In this document: positions 20,919-29,828 of the stretch, in pieces
Numbering within the stretch: position 1 is the stretch's first letter
Layout of the letters: each line of letters opens with the position of its first letter
The notes under the pieces: generated by a model
Seen by the model: the letters and a program-made list of their open reading frames with translations, nothing else
Database searches by the model: none
Told to the model about the DNA's origin: nothing
IMG/VR virus record: IMGVR_UViG_3300025009_000068
Coordinates: 25,433-89,432 of that record
DNA length: 64,000 nt
DNA from: a virus
Direction: 5' to 3' (one strand)
Program-made: the position numbers and the translations under genes

Positions 20919-21887
20919 TTAGCTGGCCCCGCCGTCCTCCCATTGGTTTCTATAATTGAGTCCATCTGCTACCGTGGAGGATCGGTTGTGAAGGCACATA
21001 TAACTCCCTGCCGTCGCTGGTGAATCTATGCAGTCCCCGGCCCCAATACCCGCCGAGTATGACCCGCCCACATCACCGTTGAATTGCATCGCGTCAGACA
21101 CCATATCAACGGTCAACACGGCAGCAGCATCAGTCCGGTAACACGCAAAATAGTTCGCAGTTGCAGGATGCCGAATCGTGCCGGCAACGGAAGCATGGAA
21201 AACCGAACCGGACTGAGCAGGTCCAGGCCCGAACTGATAGACGTCGTTGATGTCCCAGTTGTTGTCGGTCCCACCTGCAAGAGTGCAGGTTGCTCCGGTG
21301 GCTGTCGAGGCTGTAACCGTGCAGCTTGATGTATCTGTGACGTTGTAGAGCATCATACCAACTTTTGCAGAGGTGGCGCTTGAATCGTCGGCATGGATCA
21401 GCGTCGCACTGTCATCGGTTGTGGTGTGAACGCCGGATGGTGCGGTCAGAATAATGGTATCCATGAGGCGCGGAGCCTTGGTCTCCACCGCAGTCTCAAG
21501 ATCCTGAAACGCTTCCGGGAGCTTGGGGTCATCTCTGACTGTTGACCCCGTGAATGTCCCGTAAGTGTTACCAGGAACTAAAGCCACGGATGTGCTTGAA
21601 GCTGCCGCAGCCTCAGCATTTGTGGCGGTCTCGATCTTCCCTGCCACTGTCGAGGATGCGGCAGGGACACCAGCGACCACATCTATAGACCCAACCCCGC
21701 CAGTCTCACTCAACGCTCCATTGGAAACCTGAATTTCATAAACAGGCTTCTTGCTGGGACTTCCATCAGGCTCGGAAACAAGAATGCGGCCTCGCGCGGC
21801 ATGGGAGCAAGGAAGATGAAATGATACGACAAAAAAGCATGCGATAAAAAATGTAAACAGCAAATATTTATATGATTTCATGCCCAT
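20919..21887 (-). CDS. Signal-peptide protein with a tail-fibre-like segment
   Basis: LLFTFFIACFFVVSFHLPCSHA signal; ASSTVAGKIETATNAEA fibre motif. Confidence 0.5.
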   Translation of the reverse strand: MGMKSYKYLLFTFFIACFFVVSFHLPCSHAARGRILVSEPDGSPSKKPVYEIQVSNGALSETGGVGSIDVVAGVPAASSTVAGKIETATNAEAAAASSTSVALVPGNTYGTFTGSTVRDDPKLPEAFQDLETAVETKAPRLMDTIILTAPSGVHTTTDDSATLIHADDSSATSAKVGMMLYNVTDTSSCTVTASTATGATCTLAGGTDNNWDINDVYQFGPGPAQSGSVFHASVAGTIRHPATANYFACYRTDAAAVLTVDMVSDAMQFNGDVGGSYSAGIGAGDCIDSPATAGSYMCLHNRSSTVADGLNYRNQWEDGGAS

Positions 21888-21912
21888 GCAACTCCTTTGA
21901 TGACTTCTATTC

Positions 21913-22425
21913 CTATGGCCTCTCAATATCAATGTAGATCACTCCGCCGTTCGCTGCCCCGGCAGCACTAACAGCCACCGTGACCTTCTCAAAAATCCAC
22001 AACTCTCCCAGCACGGGGAGCGCGGGCTCGGTCACAGTGGCGCTGCGATTGTCCAAACTCCCGCCATCCAGATCGATTCCCGTAGCTGCCCCAGAGAGAG
22101 AAATGTCGTAAGCTGCATCCGGAGCGAGAGCACCCCCCGACGGATCGGTGATAAACTGGTCAATGCGGCCAAGAAGTGGAATGGCGGTGGTGCATGCGTA
22201 GGCCCCGGCTCCATCCGATGTCCAGGCTATTGCATAGCGCGTGGTATGGCCATGGGTCGAGGGAGTGAGGGAGCAATCCACGGCATGAGAGACTGACGGG
22301 AACGAAAGGAGTGCCATAAAAATGAGAATGGAGGCCACAGCCATGGTAGCGGCCGCTGTCAGGATTGCCTTGAAGGGTGGAATCCCTCTCCTCTTCGCCG
22401 TATTTACCTTTATCACTCTCTTCAT
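21913..22425 (-). CDS. Signal-peptide hypothetical virion-module protein
   Basis: Basic N-region, hydrophobic core, SVSHA cleavage-like site; AWTSD..G and APDAAYDISL motifs. Confidence 0.5.
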   Translation of the reverse strand: MKRVIKVNTAKRRGIPPFKAILTAAATMAVASILIFMALLSFPSVSHAVDCSLTPSTHGHTTRYAIAWTSDGAGAYACTTAIPLLGRIDQFITDPSGGALAPDAAYDISLSGAATGIDLDGGSLDNRSATVTEPALPVLGELWIFEKVTVAVSAAGAANGGVIYIDIERP

Positions 22426-22429
22426 GGCC

Positions 22430-22723
22430 TTATCTCCCTTTCCCTTGGAGCACGTCAAGTGCCGTAAGTTTCGCCGTCAAAATATCCGAAAGAATGCGAG
22501 CGGCCCCCTGGGACCTCACCAGGGCGTCCCCGCTGCACTCCACGCATTGCATTGCCATTTCCCGGTAAAGCCGCTGCTCCCATTGAAGGATGGTTTTGAA
22601 TTGCTGGTCTTGGGATAGCTTGGAGATCGCCAGCAGCACGCGCCGGTCTTCTTCCTTCTCGGGATTGAGTTGCTCGAGAAAATAAAGAGAGGGGGTTATC
22701 GTTGCTGCATTTGCCATGGTCAT
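22430..22723 (-). CDS. Small portal-adjacent protein (Bbp19-like)
   Basis: LVRSQGAARILSDIL motif; directly after the portal gene. Confidence 0.5.
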   Translation of the reverse strand: MTMANAATITPSLYFLEQLNPEKEEDRRVLLAISKLSQDQQFKTILQWEQRLYREMAMQCVECSGDALVRSQGAARILSDILTAKLTALDVLQGKGR

Positions 22724-25185
22724 TATTGCACCCCCCCACCATTTCCGGCACGGGCCATCATTGCCTGGAAGTCAGCCCCGCCTCCACGAACACCAGCCTG
22801 ATTCATCTGCTGCGGTGCGATTATTGGTGGGCCGGCCGCTCCGTTTCCGCCTTGAAGGGGAGGGGACTGTCTGACGTTGCCACCGCCCGCGCCACCTTGT
22901 CCGCCGCCCTGCCCCTGCCCGGCCTCCATCAGCGCCTGAGCCATGACCTCCATGGGAATCCCGAGCCGCTCAGAAAGCACGCCCAGCATGGCCACCACTT
23001 TTTGCTGCTCCTGCTCTGCCGCCACGGCATCTTCATCCGGAATCAACCCGGAAAGATCGATATCCAAGCTCTCGACAGCGCTCCTCACAAGCTCGGCCAT
23101 TGCGGGCTTCCCGAGGATTTCGAGGATGATCGGAGATCGCAATGCCAACGACATGAACTCGTTCAGCCGGATCTGCCGCTGCTCCTCGACTATGAGTGCC
23201 GTGCTCCCGCGCGGAACAACAAACACATCCCCCTTCAAGGCATGATCCGAATCGTAAAGCATGACATGGTATGCGTGCTGCCTGACCGACGGCACCGTAA
23301 TCCCGTCGTCGATGTGGAAGATCACGGACTTTATCCCCTTGCCGGCGGCATTCATAAGCATGCTGAGTCCCGTGGCAGTGCGCGCGGCCCCGGAGCTCTC
23401 CGACATGCCGTACACGTAATTCGGTATCCCCGTGCTCTCTCCCGCCTGCTTGGCCCAGTAGTCGTAAACTTTTAAGAGCATGTCGGTCATGGGGTTTGGC
23501 GAGAAGAACTGAATAGGGATGGCGCTTCCCCCATTTGGGTCCCGCTTGAACTGCCACACCTTCCAGGGGGAAAACTCGTCTGATTTCTCGCCGGGCATGA
23601 GCCGTGACGCATCGGTTATGGCAACCTGCGGTCCCGAAGCCATTCCCATATTATTGACCACCGACCGCGCCGCGGCGTTGCACATATACTGCTCTGGAGC
23701 CATGACTTCCGGGAGGGCTTTCCCCCAAATCGAGCCAGGAACGTTTTCGAAGCTGGCGGAATAGTAAGGGCGATTCCCAAGCGGGTCGGGATTCACTATG
23801 GCCTTGATGACATATTGACCAACGGCCCGCGCACAGACCTGATATTCCCTTTCAGGCTCAATCGGCTCGACCTTCGTGACCATGGCGCCCGGCCGGCGCT
23901 CGGCACTTACATGCTCCCTCATTCCCCATTCGATGAGCAAGCTTCCCTGGACGGAGCCCCAGAAGATCAAAGAGTCCATTTTCCCTTCAGGATCCGAAGT
24001 GTATTCCTCTTCCCGGCTCTCTAATCGAGCGCGCTCCTGATCCTGGTAATCCCACTCGCGGTAACCGGTGCGCCCGTAGTGCTGCAAGCAAAGCCGAATC
24101 TGCTCGGAGTGATAGCCTGGAGTCCCGGCGAGGGATGCAAGCTCGGACCTGGAAATGGAATCCCGCTCCAGGAGATACCCATCCTGCAAGGTCCGGGCCC
24201 CTGGTGAAGGGAAGATGTCGAAAGGGGAAACGCGGTCATATTCCTTCACGAGCTTCTTTTCGACACGCATTTCCGGGTTCATCAAGTCTTGTGAGTGGTC
24301 CCAGACAATCCTGGCCTTCCTGCGGATCGTCGGGCCTTTAAGGAAAGCCGTTGGGAATGTGGCGATGTCGTAGAGCAGAGAATCGAGCGCGGAATACCAC
24401 CCGCCTTCCTTGAAGTCGTCATCAACCTTTTCCTCGAGCTTGTCCGACCGCTTCTTTCCTTCCTCGTCATAAGTCGCGGAAAGCTTCTCCTTCATTTTCT
24501 CGATGCGAGTCCGCAACTCTTCGGATGATATCGGGGCACCGGCCTCGAGGATTTCACGCTGAGCCTCGACAACCAGACGCTGCTCGAGCTGCGGTGAAAG
24601 CGTGGGGATCGGAGTTGCATTGAGAGAAAAAGGCTTCCCGCCGGGCGGGCGAAGAATGTCACGGCACCAGCTTTCGAGCGCACGACATTTGATGTTGGTG
24701 ATCATAATAAAGACTTCCGAGCCACCACGGGACTGAATGAGGGTAAGCTCGTCGGCCTCGTATTCCCCGAGGCGCTGCCGCAAGCATTTAAGCAGGCGCG
24801 GCTGAATGGATTGCTGCTTGGCGTTTCGCGCGGCCTCGAAGCATGTGCGAATGTGGGTTCCAATGGAGAGAATCTGCTGCTGGTTTTGGAGCTTCTCTGC
24901 CTCGGCCTGCTGGACTTGCATGCGTGAGTGGTAATCCAGCTCATCGTTTGAGATGAGGCGCATGTAGGGCTGAGGAGGAAGAGAAGACGGCGGAGGCGGT
25001 TGGTAAGGCGGATAGGGCTGGGAAGGAGAGAGAAGCCTTGAAGGTGGAAGGCCTTGCTGCGGCGCTGCTTGTGATGCCTGGCCGGTAGGCATTTGCTGTG
25101 CCTGCCCCACCTGGAATACCGGCACGGCTTGCTGTCTCATCCATCCCTGTTGGAGCCCGCCGCCACCACCCATGCCGCCTACCAT
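22723..25185 (-). CDS. Portal (head-tail connector) protein
   Basis: RVSPFDIFPSPGA, NPDPLGNRPYY, MASGPQV and RTATGLSMLMNAA motifs; follows the terminase gene. Confidence 0.85.
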   Translation of the reverse strand: MVGGMGGGGGLQQGWMRQQAVPVFQVGQAQQMPTGQASQAAPQQGLPPSRLLSPSQPYPPYQPPPPSSLPPQPYMRLISNDELDYHSRMQVQQAEAEKLQNQQQILSIGTHIRTCFEAARNAKQQSIQPRLLKCLRQRLGEYEADELTLIQSRGGSEVFIMITNIKCRALESWCRDILRPPGGKPFSLNATPIPTLSPQLEQRLVVEAQREILEAGAPISSEELRTRIEKMKEKLSATYDEEGKKRSDKLEEKVDDDFKEGGWYSALDSLLYDIATFPTAFLKGPTIRRKARIVWDHSQDLMNPEMRVEKKLVKEYDRVSPFDIFPSPGARTLQDGYLLERDSISRSELASLAGTPGYHSEQIRLCLQHYGRTGYREWDYQDQERARLESREEEYTSDPEGKMDSLIFWGSVQGSLLIEWGMREHVSAERRPGAMVTKVEPIEPEREYQVCARAVGQYVIKAIVNPDPLGNRPYYSASFENVPGSIWGKALPEVMAPEQYMCNAAARSVVNNMGMASGPQVAITDASRLMPGEKSDEFSPWKVWQFKRDPNGGSAIPIQFFSPNPMTDMLLKVYDYWAKQAGESTGIPNYVYGMSESSGAARTATGLSMLMNAAGKGIKSVIFHIDDGITVPSVRQHAYHVMLYDSDHALKGDVFVVPRGSTALIVEEQRQIRLNEFMSLALRSPIILEILGKPAMAELVRSAVESLDIDLSGLIPDEDAVAAEQEQQKVVAMLGVLSERLGIPMEVMAQALMEAGQGQGGGQGGAGGGNVRQSPPLQGGNGAAGPPIIAPQQMNQAGVRGGGADFQAMMARAGNGGGVQ

Positions 25186-25296
25186 ATTGATTTCTCCGTG
25201 GAGGTTGGATTTTTTGTGCACCAATTGGATATTGTTGACATTTTTGAATCAATTCCACCTTCAAGGTTATATTTCTGGTTATATTTCTCTGCCATT

Positions 25297-26961
25297 TTAC
25301 ATCTTCCCAACCTTGAAAGCCTTGAAAGCCCCGGCGTGCGTCTCCACCCCGCTCCCGCCGAGCGCCACGTCAAACCGATGCCCCATGGCGAGCTGCTGAA
25401 AAGCGTCGGCCCCATGCGCGTGCTCATCTTCAACGGGACTGCTGCTATATTGCTGCATGGCCTCGTTCCACTTTCGCCGGTAGTTTTCCAGGTGGATGAT
25501 GCCCCTCTCGCACTTCTGCTCATCGAACCAGCAAAGGGGAAGAATTACCCGGGCGGCCTCGATGGAGTCAGCCTTGGCCTGCACTCTCGGAATGGTCTGG
25601 AAGTGGATACCGAGGCCGGCCGCGATTGCCTTCCGGCTCCTGCCCTGCTCATCTAGCACTCGAGTCTCGATATCGTGAGGGGCGTAGTGAGTGCCATACC
25701 TGTAGCCACTCTGCTGCATGCCTTGCGCGCCGTTCGCGCCGTTCGCGCCGTTCGCTCCTTGCAAGCCCCGCAAACCCTGCCCTTGCTGCCGCTTAACCAG
25801 TTCGTCCCGATAGTAAGCAAATCCTTCTCCGGAGAACTCGAAATACTCAATGACGTGGATCTCTTTCACCACGCTCTGCGTGAACCAAATCGCCATGTAT
25901 CCGTCGAGCCCAAGGTCCCACCAGGTGTCCACCAGCAAATTCGGCTGATAGGGCACCCGGCAGATCCTGCCATCCGACCGAACTTTTGCCATCTCGGACG
26001 CCCAGAAGGCGCCCTCGATCTGCTGCTCAAAAGCCTCCTCGGGGGTGGAAGGATACTCGGACTTGATCTTGTCCCCGAGGTCCTCTTTCTTCTTGATGTA
26101 CCATGCTTTCTGATTGTGCGTGAGGCGAAGGCCAGGGCACGCCATCTCGGTCAGGGCGAAATACTGGATCATGGTCTGTGGAATGGGAACGATGCGAGCA
26201 TCCTCGTCCGAGAGCACATTCTTGGGATCGTCGGGCCATCCAAAGAAGTGCATCTTCCAGTCGAGTTGAGTAAGGCGATTTCCTTGACGCTGGTTGTTCA
26301 GGGCCTTTTGAGAGTAATCGTAGAAATATCCGGCCCGGCCCTCGGCTGTAGATTCGATGATGGTAACTTCGCCAACATGAACTGTATTCAGGGCTCCGGT
26401 TACAATTTCCTGCGCTTTGTCGGGATGCTTCGCACAGATTTTCCCAAACTCAGAAACGAGAAGGTATTGAAGAGTGCCGGACCGCATTGACCGACCAACG
26501 CGAATGCACGAGTCGTTTTCAAAGTGGAGCTCGTTCTTGGCCTCCGTCTTCGAGGGCTTAATCGCCTTCCGGAATTGATCCGGCAAATTGTCATAGGCGA
26601 AGCGGACCTTGTTCACGAAGATCTTGATAACGTCCGCATCGGTGTGAGCAATGATCCCAGCTTCAACGCATGAGTTGAAGAGGCAGCAATCAAGGAAGAA
26701 AATGCAGACGGCGGTTGTTATGCCGTGCTGCCTGGATTTCAGGACAATGTTTTTGTGCCAAAGCCCTTTCAGGAGACGGAATTGCCGCTGATTCAGGCGG
26801 AACCGCACCTTCTTCCCGGATTCGTTTTTCACAAAGTAAAGGTGATTCAGCCGCCAGTATTGGCTTGAGACAAGGGCCTCCTCTTCTTGGAAGGGATAGT
26901 CCTCGTTGGGAAGGGATTGCGTTTCAATCGCCGAAGATCCCGCCTGTCCAGCCTGCATCAC
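25297..26961 (-). CDS. terL: Terminase large subunit
   Basis: Walker A-like LKSRQHGITT; LVSEFG; IIESTAEG; nuclease motifs WWDLG, APHD and HGADAF. Confidence 0.92.
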   Translation of the reverse strand: MMQAGQAGSSAIETQSLPNEDYPFQEEEALVSSQYWRLNHLYFVKNESGKKVRFRLNQRQFRLLKGLWHKNIVLKSRQHGITTAVCIFFLDCCLFNSCVEAGIIAHTDADVIKIFVNKVRFAYDNLPDQFRKAIKPSKTEAKNELHFENDSCIRVGRSMRSGTLQYLLVSEFGKICAKHPDKAQEIVTGALNTVHVGEVTIIESTAEGRAGYFYDYSQKALNNQRQGNRLTQLDWKMHFFGWPDDPKNVLSDEDARIVPIPQTMIQYFALTEMACPGLRLTHNQKAWYIKKKEDLGDKIKSEYPSTPEEAFEQQIEGAFWASEMAKVRSDGRICRVPYQPNLLVDTWWDLGLDGYMAIWFTQSVVKEIHVIEYFEFSGEGFAYYRDELVKRQQGQGLRGLQGANGANGANGAQGMQQSGYRYGTHYAPHDIETRVLDEQGRSRKAIAAGLGIHFQTIPRVQAKADSIEAARVILPLCWFDEQKCERGIIHLENYRRKWNEAMQQYSSSPVEDEHAHGADAFQQLAMGHRFDVALGGSGVETHAGAFKAFKVGKM

Positions 26962-26964
26962 CCC

Positions 26965-27402
26965 TTACCGCCCTTTCTTTCTTTCCTTGTAGAACCGGTG
27001 CCGATTGATTTTGACGATGAACTCCATCTTCTCGGCATCGTCCACCCAGCTTGGATCACACCCGACGGCACAGTAATGCGTGGCCCCCTTCACCGGATCA
27101 ACAGTAGCCCCGGCAAGCGCAAGTTGAGCCACGGCCAAGCACGCAGGATCATAGTAGCCCTGAATCACCATGCGCTCCAGCCCCGGAAGGTTGGGATCGC
27201 CAGGGTTGAAGCAAGAGAACTGTTTTGGTTTCAGGATCACGGATTTGACGGAGTTTCCCCACCAGGAGGGGTGGAGGGCGCGATTCAGGACGACATGAGC
27301 AACGGCGAGCTTCCCGATGGGAGGTTCCCCGCGAGCCTCGCCCCACAGGAGAAGGGTTAAAAGCTCGGGAGCAGAAAGATCGTCAAAGTCCATTGTCGCC
27401 AT
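26965..27402 (-). CDS. Cell wall hydrolase (SleB/Hydrolase_2 family), probable endolysin
   Basis: WGEARGE..GKLAVAHVVLNR..QFSCFN..GATHY..INRHRFY. Confidence 0.88.
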   Translation of the reverse strand: MATMDFDDLSAPELLTLLLWGEARGEPPIGKLAVAHVVLNRALHPSWWGNSVKSVILKPKQFSCFNPGDPNLPGLERMVIQGYYDPACLAVAQLALAGATVDPVKGATHYCAVGCDPSWVDDAEKMEFIVKINRHRFYKERKKGR

Positions 27403-27431
27403 GGATTTCTCCTTCTTGGTGGAGTTGCCAG

Positions 27432-27536
27432 ATCGCGCTTCACCGTCAGCCGTTATCGCGCTTCACCGTCAGCCGTTATCGCGCTTCACCGTCAGCCGTT
27501 ATCGCGCTTCACCGTCAGCCATTCTCACGCTTCACT
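27432..27536. repeat. 23-bp tandem repeat ATCGCGCTTCACCGTCAGCCGTT x4 plus a degenerate copy
   Basis: Copies start at 27432, 27455, 27478 and 27501; no spacers. Confidence 0.9.
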
Positions 27537-28131
27537 CTCGGCCGCGCTCGGCCTCATAGACATGCTCATCCGGCCATCCACCCCTCTCGGCCGGCAGTCC
27601 CCGGGTCTTTCCGTCGATCTTTGCAATCAAGGCCTTCAATCCCAACTCGCCCGACATCTCTACCTTTTCGCTCCGAGGCATCCTGGAAAGGATGAAATCC
27701 CTGTCATGGTGAGAAAGCTTCCCGCCGAGCGCCGCAAGGAAGAGGTTCGCCATTTCCATCCCGGCCGCGATCTCTCGCACGGTGTTGATGGCCCAGTCTC
27801 GCGTGTAGTTGCCCTGGGGCTGCTCGATGCAGTAGAGGATCCTGAACGCGAGCACGACATCCGGGGATGCCTGGAAGAGGAGTTGCTTGAGATTGTCGGC
27901 GGCCGTGTTGTTCCTGGCTATGGACGCAGGGATATCAACCGGCGGCTGCTCCGGTGCGGGCGGAATGCCGTAGGGGTAAATCGAGTCGGGAGGAATTGCG
28001 GCGCCGCCTACGCTGGCACCACCCTCCATAGAAGAGGAGGGGAGCGACAAAGCGAATGGATCATGCAGGTTACCCGGACTCGGTATCCCTGGAAGGGGAG
28101 GGGCTGGTGGCTTAGCTCTGGACGCTGACAT
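27532..28131 (-). CDS. Putative terminase small subunit
   Basis: Upstream of terL; C-terminal SEKVEMSGELG..IDGKTRGLP resembles TerS tails. Confidence 0.45.
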   Translation of the reverse strand: MSASRAKPPAPPLPGIPSPGNLHDPFALSLPSSSMEGGASVGGAAIPPDSIYPYGIPPAPEQPPVDIPASIARNNTAADNLKQLLFQASPDVVLAFRILYCIEQPQGNYTRDWAINTVREIAAGMEMANLFLAALGGKLSHHDRDFILSRMPRSEKVEMSGELGLKALIAKIDGKTRGLPAERGGWPDEHVYEAERGRE

Positions 28132-28146
28132 CGTATGCTCTCCTCG

Positions 28147-28440
28147 TTACCCTCTCCCCATCTGCCCCGTGAAAATCTTGGGATGCGCGATCATGATCTG
28201 GCTCCCGGCATCCTTCCCTTCCCGGCACTGCTGCATGTAGTGCTTCACCACGGCACGGTTGATGTCCGCCATAAGTTGGAAGAATGCGTTGGGGTCGTTG
28301 GGAAAGCCCGTGACGGAGATCTGGCCGTCCGTGAAAAGCTTTGCCTGGAGGTGAAAGACCGCCTTGGGCTCGGAGTTTGGTGCCGAGCTGCCATAATTCT
28401 CGTTGTTGCCATTGCTACCGCTACCCTCTTGACTGGCCAT
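28147..28440 (-). CDS. Hypothetical protein
   Basis: 97-aa ORF with GGAG RBS. Confidence 0.5.
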   Translation of the reverse strand: MASQEGSGSNGNNENYGSSAPNSEPKAVFHLQAKLFTDGQISVTGFPNDPNAFFQLMADINRAVVKHYMQQCREGKDAGSQIMIAHPKIFTGQMGRG

Positions 28441-28521
28441 GTCGTATTTTCTCCCGCAAGAAAATTTGTTGAATGGATAAAATATCTTGTAACTGGAATC
28501 AGAATTCCCCTTCCCGTGCCA

Positions 28522-28893
28522 TCACCCGTCTCCCTGCTGCTCGGCATCGCAACTCTCGACCTTTCGCTCAGCCACGATCTCGGCAACCTTTGCGGCCTCA
28601 ACCGTGCCGGTAATGGCCCCGCTGGTTCGCAACCGAATCCAGATGGCGGCTACTCCGTCACAAAGCGTCAACACGGCCGGAATGGCAACAGCAAGCGCCG
28701 TGCTGATGGTCTGCATGTCCTCCGCGCTCATCGCACTATAAAGGCCCAGCGCGGAAAGCAGCGTGACTCCGGTCTTGATGAGTTGGTAAAGGATCGATTG
28801 AGACTTGTACCAGTCCTTATTCCCCTCGACCGTTGCAACCGTGCCCTTGACTTCGGGCGCCGCCTTGAGTAGTTGCCACCAGGAGACATTCAT
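28522..28893 (-). CDS. Putative holin
   Basis: KDWYKSQSIL motif, two hydrophobic helices and a basic IRLRT segment; near the endolysin gene. Confidence 0.55.
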   Translation of the reverse strand: MNVSWWQLLKAAPEVKGTVATVEGNKDWYKSQSILYQLIKTGVTLLSALGLYSAMSAEDMQTISTALAVAIPAVLTLCDGVAAIWIRLRTSGAITGTVEAAKVAEIVAERKVESCDAEQQGDG

Positions 28894-28918
28894 CGCTTCA
28901 CTCCGCCTCTCACTTTCG

Positions 28919-29401
28919 TCACTTCACCTTCGAAGCCAGGTCCACTCCGCCACAGAACGCATCCAGGAATCCAAGCCACTTCGCCACATGCTCCATCGTG
29001 GGCGCCTTTTCACTCTTGAGCCCCATGACGCGCACCATGTCATTAAGCAGAAGCGCCACGAAAACCTTGTCGGTCTTGGTGCTCGCCACCCAGATCTGGC
29101 CGATCTGCTCTTCGATTAGCCCCTGAATGACAAGCGGGTCGTCTCCAGTCTGGATCACATCCTTTACGGTGCAGGTCGTCAACGTGACGTGCCGATACTC
29201 GGGAAGGTAGGCATAGGCCGCGAACCCAGCCTTCTCTGCAATGCTTTCAACGGTGTCCTGCACGGACATGCCTGCGCATCCTCCAAGAATGGAAAGCGAT
29301 ACCATGAAGGTGGAGGTGAGCGCCATGAAGGCGAAGATTCCTACCATGATGTTCCAGAAATGACTATGCTTGATGATTCTTTCCGTGTTCATGCTGTTCA
29401 T
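28919..29401 (-). CDS. Putative lipoprotein (spanin-like position)
   Basis: Hydrophobic stretch ending in an ILGGC lipobox; start codon uncertain. Confidence 0.45.
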   Translation of the reverse strand: MNSMNTERIIKHSHFWNIMVGIFAFMALTSTFMVSLSILGGCAGMSVQDTVESIAEKAGFAAYAYLPEYRHVTLTTCTVKDVIQTGDDPLVIQGLIEEQIGQIWVASTKTDKVFVALLLNDMVRVMGLKSEKAPTMEHVAKWLGFLDAFCGGVDLASKVK

Positions 29402-29447
29402 GATGATTTCCCCCATTTTTGATTTTTCCACGTTTTTAATTCGGTTC

Positions 29448-29786
29448 TCACTTATCCCCTTTCCAAATCTTCTCAATGCTCGCCCGGATCTGCCGGCGAT
29501 CGTCTTTACTCTCTCCATCCGCGACTTTCAGCGCCGCGATCTCCCGAGTGTTGACCTCCGTCGCAATCCTCATGTGCTGCAACTGCTCATTTATGCTCAT
29601 GATTTGAGGGTATAACACCGACCAGATTGTGAGCAGAAATGAACCGGTGACGCACAGGATGCCATAGCCCGTCCAGCGAATCCATTTGAGGTCGGTCATG
29701 GCTGTTGTGAGTAAGGCCGCGAACTCCGGATGAAAATCACATGTTTCACACTCGGTTTGGTTACCATTATGACTCGACCTCTGCAT
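29448..29786 (-). CDS. Membrane protein with coiled coil (lysis module)
   Basis: One transmembrane segment followed by a coiled coil. Confidence 0.45.
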   Translation of the reverse strand: MQRSSHNGNQTECETCDFHPEFAALLTTAMTDLKWIRWTGYGILCVTGSFLLTIWSVLYPQIMSINEQLQHMRIATEVNTREIAALKVADGESKDDRRQIRASIEKIWKGDK

Positions 29787-29828
29787 TGCAGTTTCATCCT
29801 CGTGGATTGCTCTGTCTCTCATTGAAGT

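Noticed and set aside
27432-27536. CRISPR-like 23-bp repeats
   Set aside because: The copies are head-to-tail with no spacers.
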